Source: an uncultured Actinomycetes bacterium
Lineage (GTDB): Bacteria; Actinomycetota; Actinomycetes; Mycobacteriales; SCTD01
Reading direction: 5' to 3'
DNA length: 64,000 bases
Assembly (NCBI GenBank): GCA_963784675.1
Contig: CAWASE010000014.1
Span: forward strand, 41,396 to 105,395
The notes beneath the pieces were generated by a model, which was given only the letters and a program-made list of their open reading frames with translations, was not told the origin of the DNA and searched no databases. Of the stretch, positions 9,935 to 19,419 are shown piece after piece; within the stretch, counting starts at the first letter, position 1; the number at the start of each line of letters is the position of its first letter. The position numbers and the translations under genes are program-made.

Positions 9935-10570
9935 TCAGACCGGGTCGACGACGCGGATCCAGACGGCCCGCCAGCCGTCGTAGGAGGCCTCCAGCACCGC
10001 CTGTCGCGGATCGGGCACGTCCAGCAGCCGGCCCGTGACGAGCGGCCGCAGCGGCGCGAGCCGGCGGTCGGCGAGCACCTCGTCGACCGTGGTGCGCTCG
10101 CCACCGACCACGAGCGCGTCCAGGCCGTCGACGGCGGGCAGCAGCACGCGTACGGCGGTGTCGGCGAAGGCCTGCTGGGCCACGCGCACCTGACCTTCCC
10201 GGCGACGCGCGAAGCGCTGCTGCGACCACCCGCCGGCCGCCGAGCGACCGTGCACCTGCCGGGTCGTGATCTTGGAGGCTGTCAGGGTGGGACCGTCGAA
10301 AACGCCGCAGGCGCAACCGCCGAGGCGCGCGAGCAGCACCCCGACCAGGCGCGGACGCAGCACGTGCTCGACCAGGCCGACGTCCAGCGGCGGGAAGGGC
10401 ACCTCGATCTCGGCGACGGCACCGTCCTCGGCCTGCAGGCGCACGGTGGTGGCGTCGGAGGTACGGGCGACCGGCCCGTGCCGGCTGGCGAAGCCGTCCA
10501 CCCAGTGTTGCAGCCGCTCGGGCGACGTGGTCACCCAGCGGCCGCCGCCGGCGGCCGGACGCGAGCTCAT
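9935..10570 (-). CDS. Vms1/ANKZF1-like release-factor-fold protein (actinobacterial VLRF1, acVLRF1; putative peptidyl-tRNA hydrolase)
   Basis: This is the C-terminal 211 aa of the 842-aa ORF, starting at ATG 10570. It contains HGRSAAGGWSQQRFARRREGQ, which resembles the VLRF1 catalytic Gln loop. The start overlaps the upstream ABC stop (ATGA). Confidence 0.75.
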   Translation of the reverse strand: MSSRPAAGGGRWVTTSPERLQHWVDGFASRHGPVARTSDATTVRLQAEDGAVAEIEVPFPPLDVGLVEHVLRPRLVGVLLARLGGCACGVFDGPTLTASKITTRQVHGRSAAGGWSQQRFARRREGQVRVAQQAFADTAVRVLLPAVDGLDALVVGGERTTVDEVLADRRLAPLRPLVTGRLLDVPDPRQAVLEASYDGWRAVWIRVVDPV

Positions 10571-12348
10571 CCCGCCTGCCAGGAGTCCCACAGGGCGGCG
10601 TAGCTGCCCTCCAGCGCGAGCAGCTCCACGTGGCTGCCGAGCTCGATCACGCGGCCGTCCTCGACGACGGCGACGCGGTCGGCGTCGGAGGCGGTGTGCA
10701 GGCGGTGGGCGATGGCGATCACCGTCCGGCCCTGCACGACGGCCGCCAGCGAGCGCTCCAGGTGCCGGGCAGCCCGCGGGTCCAGCAACGACGTCGCCTC
10801 GTCCAGCACGAGGGTGTGCGGATCCGCGAGCACCAGCCGGGCGAGCGCCACCTGCTGGGCCTGCGCCGGCGTCAGCCCGGCCCCACCGGCGCCGACGGCA
10901 GTGTCCAGCGCCTGCGGCAACGCCAGGGCCCACTCCAGCGCGTCCACGGCCGCGAGCGCCGTCCGCACCTGCGCGGGCGTCGCGTCGGGACGGGCCAGCA
11001 GCACGTTGTCGGCCACGCTCCCGACGAAGACGTGGTGCTCCTGGGTGACCAGCGAGACCTCCGTGCGCAGCCGCTCCAGCGGCAGCTCCAGCAGCGGCAC
11101 GTCGCCGAGCGTCACCGTGCCGGCGTCGGGACCGTGCACGCCCGCCAGCAGCCGTCCCAGCGTCGACTTGCCGGCGCCGCTCGGGCCGACGACGGCCAGC
11201 CGCTCGCCCGGACGCACCGCCAGCGAGAGCCCGTGCAGCACCTCGCGGCCGGGCAGGTAGCCGAACCGGACGTCGGTGGCCGCGAGCCGCTCGTCGGCGG
11301 GCTCCTGGCCGCTGGCCGTGCGGTCGTCCGGCACGTCGGCGACGCCGATCAGCCGGGCCAGCGACGACGCGCCGACCTGCAGCTCGTCCAGCCAGCCGAG
11401 CAGGCGGTCCAGCGGGTCCAGCAGCAACCGTACGTACAGCGCGACGGTGGTGACCTGCGCCAGGCTCGCGAGGCCCTGCGCGTACAGCAGCCCGCCCAGC
11501 AGCACCACCGACAGCAGCGGGAGCAGGAAGCCCACGTCGACCCACGGGAACCAGCAGGTCCGCAGTCGCAGCGTGTACAGCTCGATGTCCATCGCGTGGG
11601 CCAGGTCGGACTCGGTGCGCTGCCGACGCGCGTCCTGCCGGCGCAGCGCCTCGATCGAACGGGCGCCGTCGGCGCTCTCGGCGACGGTGCTGGTCAGGGC
11701 GGCGTACGCCGCGCGCTCGGCGAGATAGGCCTGCGGTGCGCGGCGCAGGTACCAGCGGGTGGACAGGGCCAGCGGCGGCCCGCCGACGAGCATGGCCAGG
11801 GCGACCAACGGGGCGGTGACGAACGCCGCGACGACGATCAGCACCGAGGTGATCGACGCGACGAGCACCTCGGGCACGGCGTCGCGCACCGTGCGTCCCA
11901 GCGTGTCGACGTCGGCGGTCGTGCGGCTCAGCAGGTCGCCGGAGCCGGCGCGCTCGACGGTCGACAGCGGCAGGGCGACGACGCGGCTCAGGAAGTCCTC
12001 GCGCAGGTCGGCGAAGACCTGCTCGGCGAGCACGAGCGAGAGCCGGCGCGACCACCACGTCAGGACGGTGGCCAGCAGCACGCTGCCGGCCAGCAGCAGG
12101 GCCACCGTGTCGACGTGCTCGCGGGTCGTGCCCGCCTGCACCGCGCCGACCAGCTCGCCCAGCAGACGCGGCGCGATCAGCGTCGCCGTCGCCGCTGCTG
12201 CGTAGAGCGCCAACGAGCCGCCGAGGGCGCGCGGGTGCCGGCGGAGCAGCCCGCGGGCGTAGGCCCGCACGGCGGCGGGGGACGCGACGGGGAGATCGGC
12301 CCGCGGCTGACGGGTGGGCGGCGCCTGCCGGGAGCGTGCGGCGCTCAT
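10567..12348 (-). CDS. ABC exporter half-transporter (TMD-NBD) with consensus Walker A and H-loop but a degenerate signature motif
   Basis: Start is ATG 12348 (MSAARSRQ). After six TM helices it has GPSGAGKST (Walker A), LVLDEATS (Walker B) and AIAHRL (H-loop). The signature position reads LTPAQAQ instead of LSGGQ. Confidence 0.9.
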   Translation of the reverse strand: MSAARSRQAPPTRQPRADLPVASPAAVRAYARGLLRRHPRALGGSLALYAAAATATLIAPRLLGELVGAVQAGTTREHVDTVALLLAGSVLLATVLTWWSRRLSLVLAEQVFADLREDFLSRVVALPLSTVERAGSGDLLSRTTADVDTLGRTVRDAVPEVLVASITSVLIVVAAFVTAPLVALAMLVGGPPLALSTRWYLRRAPQAYLAERAAYAALTSTVAESADGARSIEALRRQDARRQRTESDLAHAMDIELYTLRLRTCWFPWVDVGFLLPLLSVVLLGGLLYAQGLASLAQVTTVALYVRLLLDPLDRLLGWLDELQVGASSLARLIGVADVPDDRTASGQEPADERLAATDVRFGYLPGREVLHGLSLAVRPGERLAVVGPSGAGKSTLGRLLAGVHGPDAGTVTLGDVPLLELPLERLRTEVSLVTQEHHVFVGSVADNVLLARPDATPAQVRTALAAVDALEWALALPQALDTAVGAGGAGLTPAQAQQVALARLVLADPHTLVLDEATSLLDPRAARHLERSLAAVVQGRTVIAIAHRLHTASDADRVAVVEDGRVIELGSHVELLALEGSYAALWDSWQAG

Positions 12349-14048
12349 GGTCGACCCGCCGGGGCCAGGTCGCGGACGACGACGGACCGGTACTGCGGGT
12401 CGGCCAGCAGCTCGCGGTGGCTGCCGGTGGCCTGCACGACCCCGTCGACGAGCAGCACCACACGATCGGCGCGGTCCAGCAGCAGCGGGCTGGTGGTCAG
12501 CACCAGCGTGGTGCGTCCCGCGCGCGAGGCGGCCAGCCGCCGGGCGACGGCCGTCTCGGTGTGCGCATCCACGGCGCTCGTCGGCTCGTCCAGCACGAGG
12601 ATCTCGGGATCGTCGGCCAGGGCCCGGGCCAGCACGAGCCGCTGCCGCTGCCCACCGGACAGCTGCCGGGCGCGCTCCTCGAGCGTCGCCTCCAGCCGAC
12701 CCGGCAGGGCGTCCAGCACGTCCTCGGCGCACGCGGTGGCCAGCGCCGCCTCGACGTCGTCGGACGGACCGCCGAGCTCCTCGCGCAGGCGCCCGCTGAA
12801 CAGCTGCGCCGCCTGGTCCAGGACGACCACCCGCGCGCGGACGACGGCCAGCGGCAGGTCGGTGAGCAGCACCGGCCCGAGCCGCACCTCGCCGTCGTCG
12901 ACGTAGCGACCGAGCCGCTCGGCGAGCGCGGACGCGTCGGCCGGCTCGGCGCACACGAGCGCCGTCAGCAGCCCGGGCTCCAGGCGCAGTCCGGACCGGG
13001 CATCGGCGAGCGCGCTGCCGGGCGGTGGCGCCGGCGCCGTGCCGGTGTCGGGGAGCACGACGTCCAGGCCGAGCAGGTCCAGCAGCCGCCGCGCCGCGAC
13101 CAGCGCCCGCGTGAGCTTGTCGCCCGCCTCGGTGAAGGTGCGCAGCGGCGTCACGAGAAAGGCTGCGTAGCCGTAGAAGGTGACCAGCTCGCCGACCGAC
13201 AGGGTGCCCTGCACCGCCAGGCGTGCGCCCAGCCAGGTGACGACGACGACGAACGTGCCGGGCACCAGCACCTGGGCGGCGTCCAGCAACGACTGCGTGC
13301 GAGCCACCTCGCGACCGCTGGCCCGGACCCGTTGCGACTCGCGGCGGTAGCGGGCCACGAAGGCCGCCTCGCCGCCGATGCCGCGCAGCACGCGCAGGCC
13401 GGCGACGGTGTCCGAGCCCAGCGTGGTGAGGCGACCGAGGTTGCCGCGCTGGGCGGCCTGACGTCGGTGCAGCGGACGCAGCAGCGGTGCGACCGCCAGG
13501 GTGAACAGCGGGATCCCCGCGACCACGACCAGACCGAGGGCCGGCGACGACACCAGCAGCAGCACGGTGACCAGGGCGAAGGCGACGACCGAGCCGGAGC
13601 CGCGGGCCGTGACATCCAGCGCGCGGGCGACCGCCAGGGCGTCGCTGGTCACCGCGCTGACGATGTCACCGGTGGACGTGCGGACCCGCAGCCCTGCGCC
13701 CAGCCGCAGCGTCTGCCGGTCGACCCACTGCGTCGTGCGGACGTAGGCGATGAGGAAGTTGGCCACGGCGAAGCGGTGCCGGCAGACGCCCGAGACGGCC
13801 TGCACGAGGCCGAGCAGGGCCAGCACGCCGACCCAGCGCAGCAGTGCTGCGCGGTCCTGCGCCGCGAGGCCGAGGTCGATCGCGCGGCCGAGGGCGAAGG
13901 GGACGACCGCCTGGCTGCCCATCCACAGCACCCCGAACAGCACGCCGCCGGCGACCGTGCGGCCCTGCAGCCGAGCCACCCGGAGCAGGAAGCGGGCCGG
14001 GGAACCCAGATCGGGCCGGCCGGGGTCGCGGAGCGGGAGGGTGCGCAC
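12345..14048 (-). CDS. ABC exporter half-transporter (TMD-NBD) with a degenerate Walker A and H-loop but a canonical signature
   Basis: 567-aa ORF from GTG 14048. The Walker A position reads [16 protein letters not shown], with no GKS/T. It has LSGGQRQR (signature) and LVLDEPTS (Walker B); the H-loop His is replaced (LVLTTSPLL). Confidence 0.9.
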   Translation of the reverse strand: MRTLPLRDPGRPDLGSPARFLLRVARLQGRTVAGGVLFGVLWMGSQAVVPFALGRAIDLGLAAQDRAALLRWVGVLALLGLVQAVSGVCRHRFAVANFLIAYVRTTQWVDRQTLRLGAGLRVRTSTGDIVSAVTSDALAVARALDVTARGSGSVVAFALVTVLLLVSSPALGLVVVAGIPLFTLAVAPLLRPLHRRQAAQRGNLGRLTTLGSDTVAGLRVLRGIGGEAAFVARYRRESQRVRASGREVARTQSLLDAAQVLVPGTFVVVVTWLGARLAVQGTLSVGELVTFYGYAAFLVTPLRTFTEAGDKLTRALVAARRLLDLLGLDVVLPDTGTAPAPPPGSALADARSGLRLEPGLLTALVCAEPADASALAERLGRYVDDGEVRLGPVLLTDLPLAVVRARVVVLDQAAQLFSGRLREELGGPSDDVEAALATACAEDVLDALPGRLEATLEERARQLSGGQRQRLVLARALADDPEILVLDEPTSAVDAHTETAVARRLAASRAGRTTLVLTTSPLLLDRADRVVLLVDGVVQATGSHRELLADPQYRSVVVRDLAPAGRP

Positions 14049-14106
14049 GTGACACCACGGTACGGGCGCCGGCCAACGCTTTTTTGCCTGGTCCGGGCGG
14101 GCAGCG

Positions 14107-14148
14107 GCGTCAGGCCGGTGGCGTCAGGTCGGCGGCCTCAGGTCGGCG
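14107..14148. repeat. Three tandem 14-bp direct repeats
   Basis: The units are gcgtcaggccggtg / gcgtcaggtcggcg / gcctcaggtcggcg. On the minus strand each contains TGA, and the 14-nt period puts these in all three frames. The third is the stop of the small ORF ending at 14138. Confidence 0.6.
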
Positions 14149-14368
14149 GGGCCGGGTCGGCCGCTCCGGGACCGGCGTCGCCGCCCGCCCGCACCCGCCG
14201 GACTCCGGCGAGCAGTCCTAGCCCGCCGACGACGAGCAGCACGAGCGGCGCGACCCAGCGGTCGTCGATGCGCACGGCGGTCAGGTCGTCGAGCAGGAAC
14301 AGCCCGCCGATCAGGGCCAGCAGCAGTCCGCCCATCAGCGACACGACGTCGCGGTCATGACGCAGCAC
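14138..14368 (-). CDS. Small two-TM membrane protein, last gene after the PspC-domain gene
   Basis: 76-aa ORF with LMGGLLLALIGGLFLL and VAPLVLLVVGGLGLLAG. It overlaps the end of the PspC gene by 14 nt. The start may instead be ATG 14335. Confidence 0.5.
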   Translation of the reverse strand: MLRHDRDVVSLMGGLLLALIGGLFLLDDLTAVRIDDRWVAPLVLLVVGGLGLLAGVRRVRAGGDAGPGAADPAPPT

Positions 14369-15551
14369 GACGCACCTCGATCTCTCCGGCCCCGACGACG
14401 AGCTCGAGCTGGACGGTGGCGTCGCCGCTGCCGGTGCGTGGCAGGTCGACGCGGACGTGGGTGTGGTCGTCCGGCGACAGCTCGGTGCTGCCGACGCCCG
14501 GTCCGCTGGTGAGGATGTCGCCCAGCCCGATCCGTGCGGTCCCGGCGACCACGGCGTCGGCCGGGACGAGCACGATCAGCGAACCGATCCCGATCTCGGC
14601 TCGGACACCACCTGGCAGGTCACCGGGCCGCAGCCTGGTCAGGTCCAGGGTGGCCTCGCCGAGCCCGAGGCGGTAGTCGGTGCGGCTCTGCCCGGCGACG
14701 GGCACCCACGTGCGTTGGCCGACCCCGCCCTGCAGCCGCGGGTCGCCGAGGACAGCAGCGGTGCCGAGGGCCAGGGCCAGCGCCAGCCCCACGAGGATCA
14801 GCCAGCGCGCGCGGCCGTAGAGCGTGCCGACCAGCAGCCCACCGGCGACGACGAGCAGCATCGCCGCGACGATGCGGGAGCCGCTGAGGCCGTCGACGCC
14901 GAGGGCGCGCAGGGTCAGCAGCAGCGCGGCCAGCAGCAGCGCGGCGCTGACGGTGAGCCCGCCCAGCGCCGAACGGGGACGGCGGCTCGCGGGTGGGCGC
15001 GACAGCGGCCAGTCCGGCGGCGCACCCGGCTGCCAGGGCGGCGGGGACGCGCCCGCCGGGTCAGCGGCGAAGCCGGTCTCCATGTCCGGCTCTGTCCGGA
15101 TCCCCTCACCGGCAGGGGATCCGGCGCCTGCCGTCACCGGGCCGGCGTCTCCGGACCGCTGGATCAGGAGGTAGGCGACACCACCCAGCACCGCGAGGGT
15201 CAACAGGCTCGAACCGTCGTCGAGCAGGGCGCCGACGGCGAGCAGGGCGACGACGGTCAGCACGACGCCGCGGGTGCTGAAGCGGTCGGCGTTGCGGGCC
15301 AGCAGCCGCTCCAGCGGAGCCGACCCCTGGTCGGTGCGCGGGACGAGCAGCCAGCCCAGGGCGTAGAGCACGAGGCCGGCGCCGCCGAAGACGGTCAGGA
15401 CGGCGGTGCTGACGCGCCACAGCACAGGGTCGGTGCCGGTGTAGCGGCCGAAGGCGGCGCACACGCCGGCCAGGACCCGGTCGTCCGGGTCACGGGCGAG
15501 GCGGGCTCCGGCAGCGGACGGGGGACGGGGGGCGTTCAGGGTCTCGGTCAT
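14355..15551 (-). CDS. PspC-domain membrane protein
   Basis: The real start is ATG 15551, inside the 821-aa ORF. The PspC domain reads RDPDDRVLAGVCAAFGRYTGTDPVLWRVSTAVLTVFGGAGLVLYALGWLLVP. It is followed by several TM helices and a beta-rich C-terminus. Confidence 0.8.
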   Translation of the reverse strand: MTETLNAPRPPSAAGARLARDPDDRVLAGVCAAFGRYTGTDPVLWRVSTAVLTVFGGAGLVLYALGWLLVPRTDQGSAPLERLLARNADRFSTRGVVLTVVALLAVGALLDDGSSLLTLAVLGGVAYLLIQRSGDAGPVTAGAGSPAGEGIRTEPDMETGFAADPAGASPPPWQPGAPPDWPLSRPPASRRPRSALGGLTVSAALLLAALLLTLRALGVDGLSGSRIVAAMLLVVAGGLLVGTLYGRARWLILVGLALALALGTAAVLGDPRLQGGVGQRTWVPVAGQSRTDYRLGLGEATLDLTRLRPGDLPGGVRAEIGIGSLIVLVPADAVVAGTARIGLGDILTSGPGVGSTELSPDDHTHVRVDLPRTGSGDATVQLELVVGAGEIEVRRAAS

Positions 15552-15596
15552 GGCCCGATGCTGGCCCTGGTGCACCCGCGGCACATCCGGGCCGAT

Positions 15597-15635
15597 CCCT
15601 GGTCTGATGCGTGCTGCTCGCGACCCGGACCAGGG
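15597..15635. promoter_or_regulatory. 8-bp inverted repeat in a divergent promoter region (candidate operator)
   Basis: CCCTGGTC-N23-GACCAGGG lies between the divergent starts at 15551 (-) and 15687 (+). A direct cctgagcctgag follows at 15642-15653. Confidence 0.3.
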
Positions 15636-15686
15636 TCGTTCCCTGAGCCTGAGCGCTCGCGGCCGTGGAACTCTGGGCAGGTGAGG

Positions 15687-16883
15687 ATGCGGACAGGTCG
15701 ACGGCGCGGCGCCCAGCACGCGCAGCTGCACCGCCGGGCTGTCCGGAGCCCGGAGTCGCGGATGCTGGGTGGCGTCGCGGGTGGTCTGGCCGAGCACCTG
15801 GAGCTTCCGGTGGTGCCGCTGCGCCTCGGCTTCGCGGTCCTCGCCCTCGCCGGTGGGGCCGGCGTGCTCCTGTACGCCGCCCTGTGGGCCCTGCTCCCGC
15901 AGCGGCCGGACGCGTCCGGACCGGTGACCTCGCACCGGACCGAGGTCCTGGGGCGCGTGCTGGCCGTCGCGATGGTCGCCGCAGGCGCGCTGCTGGTGCT
16001 CGCCCGACTGGGCCTCACGCCCTCGGCCCTGCTGCCGCTCGCCGCCGCGACGGGCGGCGTCGCGCTGGTGTGGACGCAGGCCGACGAGGCGCAGCGGGCC
16101 CGCTGGCGCAGCGCCGGCAGCGACCGGCAGCGACCGCTCGTCGTGCTGGCCGGTGCGGCGCTGCTCGTCGTCGGGGTCGTGGGGTTCCTGGCGACGAAGG
16201 GCGAGCTGCGTGCCGCCCGGGAGGGGCTGCTGTCGACCACGTTGCTCGTCGTCGGGCTCGCGGTGCTGAGCGCGCCCTGGTGGGTGGGCATGGCCACCGA
16301 CCTGCGCGACGAGCGGCGGGAGCGCATCCGGTCGCAGGAGCGCGCCGAGATGGCCACGCTGGTGCACGATTCCGTCTTGCAGACCCTCGCCATGATCCGC
16401 AAGGCCGCGCAGGACCCGGCTGAGGTCAGCCGGCTGGCCCGCGCGCAGGAACGGGCGCTGCGCGGCGTGCTGTACGCGCCCCGCGCGCACGCGCCCGGGT
16501 CGGGGCTGGCCGCTGCGCTGGAGGCCGTCGTCGCCGAGGTCGAGCTGGCGCACCCGGTCACCGTCGAGCTGGTGGTCGTCGGCGACTGTCCTGCGGGCGA
16601 GCGCGTGCGCGCTGCCGTCGCGGCGACCCGCGAGGCCGTGCTGAACGCGGCCCGGCACGCGGGGGTCGCGTCCGTGTCGGTGTACGCCGAGGTGCGGCCG
16701 GACCGGGTCGAGGTGTTCGTGCGCGACCGGGGGACCGGGTTCGACGTGTCCACGGTGCCTGCGGACCGCTTCGGGGTCGCCCAGTCGATCGTGGGCCGGA
16801 TGGAACGGCACGGGGGGCACGCGTCGGTCCGCAGCGCCCCGGGCGAGGGCACCGAGGTGCGGTTGGAGGTCGGTCCCGGATGA
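15687..16883 (+). CDS. PspC-domain sensor histidine kinase (NarL/LiaS-type HisKA_3 plus HATPase)
   Basis: This lies inside the 808-aa ORF. The PspC domain reads RSPESRMLGGVAGGLAEHLELPVVPLRLGFAVLALAGGAGVLLYAALWALLP. The H-box is TLVHDSVLQTL and the ATPase region has NAARHAG and DRGTGFD. The start (ATG 15687) is tentative. Confidence 0.8.
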   Translation: MRTGRRRGAQHAQLHRRAVRSPESRMLGGVAGGLAEHLELPVVPLRLGFAVLALAGGAGVLLYAALWALLPQRPDASGPVTSHRTEVLGRVLAVAMVAAGALLVLARLGLTPSALLPLAAATGGVALVWTQADEAQRARWRSAGSDRQRPLVVLAGAALLVVGVVGFLATKGELRAAREGLLSTTLLVVGLAVLSAPWWVGMATDLRDERRERIRSQERAEMATLVHDSVLQTLAMIRKAAQDPAEVSRLARAQERALRGVLYAPRAHAPGSGLAAALEAVVAEVELAHPVTVELVVVGDCPAGERVRAAVAATREAVLNAARHAGVASVSVYAEVRPDRVEVFVRDRGTGFDVSTVPADRFGVAQSIVGRMERHGGHASVRSAPGEGTEVRLEVGPG

Positions 16884-17524
16884 CCCTGCGGGTGGTGCTG
16901 GTCGATGACCACACGCTGTTCCGCGCGGGCGTCCGCAGCGAGCTCGCCGGCCTGCTCGACGTGGTCGGCGAGGCGGGCAGCGTCGCCGAGGCGGTCGCCG
17001 TCGTGCTCGACCGTCAGCCCGACGTCGTGCTGCTCGACGTGCACATGCCCGACGGCGGTGGCCGGGCCGTCCTGGCCGGTGTCGCCGACGGCGCCCCGGG
17101 CACCGTCTTCCTCGCGCTGTCGGTGTCTGACGCCGCTCCGGACGTCATCGACGTCATCCGCGCCGGCGCCCGCGGCTACGTCACCAAGAGCATCTCGACC
17201 CCCGAGCTGGCCGACGCGGTCCGCCGCGTCGCCGGGGGAGACGCCGTCTTCTCGCCACGGCTGGCCGGTTTCGTGCTCGACGCGTTCGCCGCGACCCCCC
17301 CTGCGCCGGAACCCGCGGACGACGAAGACCTCGACCGCCTCACCGCCCGCGAGCAGGACGTGCTGCGCCTGATCGCCCGCGGCTACACCTACAAGGAGGT
17401 CGCTGCCGAGCTGTTCATCGCGGGAAAGACGGTGGAGACGCACGTGTCGTCGGTGCTGCGCAAGCTGCAACTGAGCAACCGTCGGGAGCTCTCTCGCTGG
17501 GCCGCGGCACGGCGCATCGTCTGA
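16880..17524 (+). CDS. LuxR/NarL-family response regulator
   Basis: 214 aa. The receiver domain reads LRVVLVDDH ... VVLLDVHMPDG. The C-terminal HTH reads LTAREQDVLRLIARGYTYKEVAAELFIAGKTVETHVSSVLRKL. An ATGA overlap links it to the kinase gene. Confidence 0.92.
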   Translation: MTLRVVLVDDHTLFRAGVRSELAGLLDVVGEAGSVAEAVAVVLDRQPDVVLLDVHMPDGGGRAVLAGVADGAPGTVFLALSVSDAAPDVIDVIRAGARGYVTKSISTPELADAVRRVAGGDAVFSPRLAGFVLDAFAATPPAPEPADDEDLDRLTAREQDVLRLIARGYTYKEVAAELFIAGKTVETHVSSVLRKLQLSNRRELSRWAAARRIV

Positions 17525-17550
17525 GGGTCTCCGGGCCGTACGGTGGACGC

Positions 17551-18627
17551 ATGAGCGAGACGCCGTCAGCGCCCCCGTCGGGCCGCGCCAGCCGCCTGCT
17601 CGCTCCGCCGCGTCCGGGCCGCCTCGGGGCCTGGTCCTACGCGCTGCGCACGACGAACCCGCCGCCGGACCGGCCGCTCTCCGAGCTCGACGGTGTCACG
17701 ACGTGGCTCGTCGTGACGCGCGCGGCCGTCCTGCCGATGACGGTCTTCGCCGGGCTGGTCGCCGGCCTGCTGGCGGTGCGCGCCGACGGGTTCTCCTGGC
17801 CGCTGTTCCTGCTCGCGCTGCTCGGGATCGTGCTGGCCCACGTCAACAACAACCTCATCAACGACCTGTCCGACACCGACGTCGGGCTCGACACCGAGGC
17901 CTATCCGCGCGCGCTCTACGCACCGCACCCGATCCTGTCCGGGATGGTCCGCCGCAAGCAGGTCGGCCTGGCCGTCCTCGGCATCAACCTCGTCGACTTC
18001 GTCATCATGGTGGTGCTGGCGACGCAGCGGGGCTGGGGGGTCGTGGCGTTCGCGCTGGCCGGGCTGTTCCTGTCCATCGCCTACACCTCGCCGCCGCTGC
18101 GGCTGAAGAAGCGCGGTCTGGGCGAGCCGGACGTCTTCCTCACCTGGGGTCCGCTGATGATCGCGGGGACGTACTTCTCCGCGGTCGGCGAGCTGCCGTG
18201 GCAGGTCTGGCTGGCGAGCGTGCCCTACGGCCTGCTCTGCACGACCGTGCTCATGGGCAAGCACATCGACAAGATTCCCTTCGACGAGCCGACGGGGACC
18301 CGCACCCTGCCGGTCCTGCTCGGCGAGGCGCGCGCCCGCACCGCGACCCTCGGCCTGCTGGTGGCCTTCTACGTGATGACCGGCCTCGCCGTCGCGGTCG
18401 GCGCGCTGCCCTGGCCGACGCTGCTGGTCGCCGGCGGGCTGCCGCTGCTGCGCAAGGTGGCCGGGGCGCTGCGTCAGCCCCGACCGGCCGAGCCGCCGCC
18501 GGGCTTCCCGGTCTGGCCGCTGTGGTTCGCCGCCATCATGTTCGTCCACATCCGCCGGGGCGGCGGGCTGCTGGTGCTCGGTCTGCTGCTGGCCGCCGTG
18601 TTCGACGTCGGCCTGCCGGTCGGCTGA
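17551..18627 (+). CDS. UbiA-family prenyltransferase
   Basis: 358 aa, polytopic. The Asp-rich motifs are NNLINDLSDTDVGLD and GKHIDKIPFDEPTGTRTLPV. Confidence 0.8.
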   Translation: MSETPSAPPSGRASRLLAPPRPGRLGAWSYALRTTNPPPDRPLSELDGVTTWLVVTRAAVLPMTVFAGLVAGLLAVRADGFSWPLFLLALLGIVLAHVNNNLINDLSDTDVGLDTEAYPRALYAPHPILSGMVRRKQVGLAVLGINLVDFVIMVVLATQRGWGVVAFALAGLFLSIAYTSPPLRLKKRGLGEPDVFLTWGPLMIAGTYFSAVGELPWQVWLASVPYGLLCTTVLMGKHIDKIPFDEPTGTRTLPVLLGEARARTATLGLLVAFYVMTGLAVAVGALPWPTLLVAGGLPLLRKVAGALRQPRPAEPPPGFPVWPLWFAAIMFVHIRRGGGLLVLGLLLAAVFDVGLPVG

Positions 18628-18656
18628 GCGGCCCCGTCGGGCCCTAGGCTCGCCGG

Positions 18657-18980
18657 GTGGCCGATCTCCTGCTCGCCGTCGTCGTCTTCACGCTCGTGGT
18701 CGCCGTCGGGCTCGTCGGGCTCGTCGTCCTCACCGTCGTGCCGTTCGTGCTCGCGCTGAACCTGTCCGAGCAGCGCGGGGCGTCCCCGGCAGCGTGGGGC
18801 GCCGTGACCCTGGTCGCCACCGTGCTGGGCCTCGCGGGTGCGTTCCTGGTGCACCGGTCCGAGTCGTTGCCCGGTTTCCTGGCGCTGGGACCCGCCGTGT
18901 TCGGCTACGTCGGTCCGGCGCTGGTGCTGCTGGTCGGGCAGCAGCAGAGGCTGGCCGGGCGCGCAGGTCGGCACGAGTAG
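18657..18980 (+). CDS. Hypothetical small membrane protein (3 predicted TM helices)
   Basis: 107-aa ORF starting at a GTG, strongly hydrophobic, with GC-rich third codon positions. I recognise no family. Confidence 0.5.
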   Translation: MADLLLAVVVFTLVVAVGLVGLVVLTVVPFVLALNLSEQRGASPAAWGAVTLVATVLGLAGAFLVHRSESLPGFLALGPAVFGYVGPALVLLVGQQQRLAGRAGRHE

Positions 18981-18992
18981 GGACCGCCCGCC

Positions 18993-19418
18993 GTGACCGG
19001 ACTGGCACCGGCGTGGATCTCGCTCGGCGGGGTGGTCGTCGGAGCCCTGCTCGCAGCCCTGTTCGCGCTGCAGCGGGAGAAGCTGGCGCGCCGGCAGCAG
19101 CGTCAGGTGCAGGCGCTGTACGAGCTCCAGGACAGCTGTCTGGCTCACCGCCAGGCGTGGCAGGACTTCGCGGCCGTCCAGGCCTGCGGCGTGGACCAGG
19201 ACGTGATCCGTGCGACTGAGCGGACGGCGGCGCGGCTGGAGGTGGTGCTGGCCAGGGTGCGGTCTGCGCAGGTGCGCGAACGCGCCCTGCACTGGCGCAC
19301 GCTGGTGAAGCCGGCCCTGCTGATGGACGATCGCCGACCGGTGTCGCCCGAGGCGGAGAACCAGGCGTGGCTGCAGGTCCAGGAGGCGGTCCGCGAACAG
19401 CTCGGACGCCTCGGCTGA
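18993..19418 (+). CDS. Hypothetical protein: N-terminal TM helix plus a helical Gln/Arg-rich domain
   Basis: 141-aa ORF starting at a GTG. I recognise no family. It ends 1 nt before the stop of the convergent gene. Confidence 0.45.
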   Translation: MTGLAPAWISLGGVVVGALLAALFALQREKLARRQQRQVQALYELQDSCLAHRQAWQDFAAVQACGVDQDVIRATERTAARLEVVLARVRSAQVRERALHWRTLVKPALLMDDRRPVSPEAENQAWLQVQEAVREQLGRLG

Positions 19419-19419
19419 C

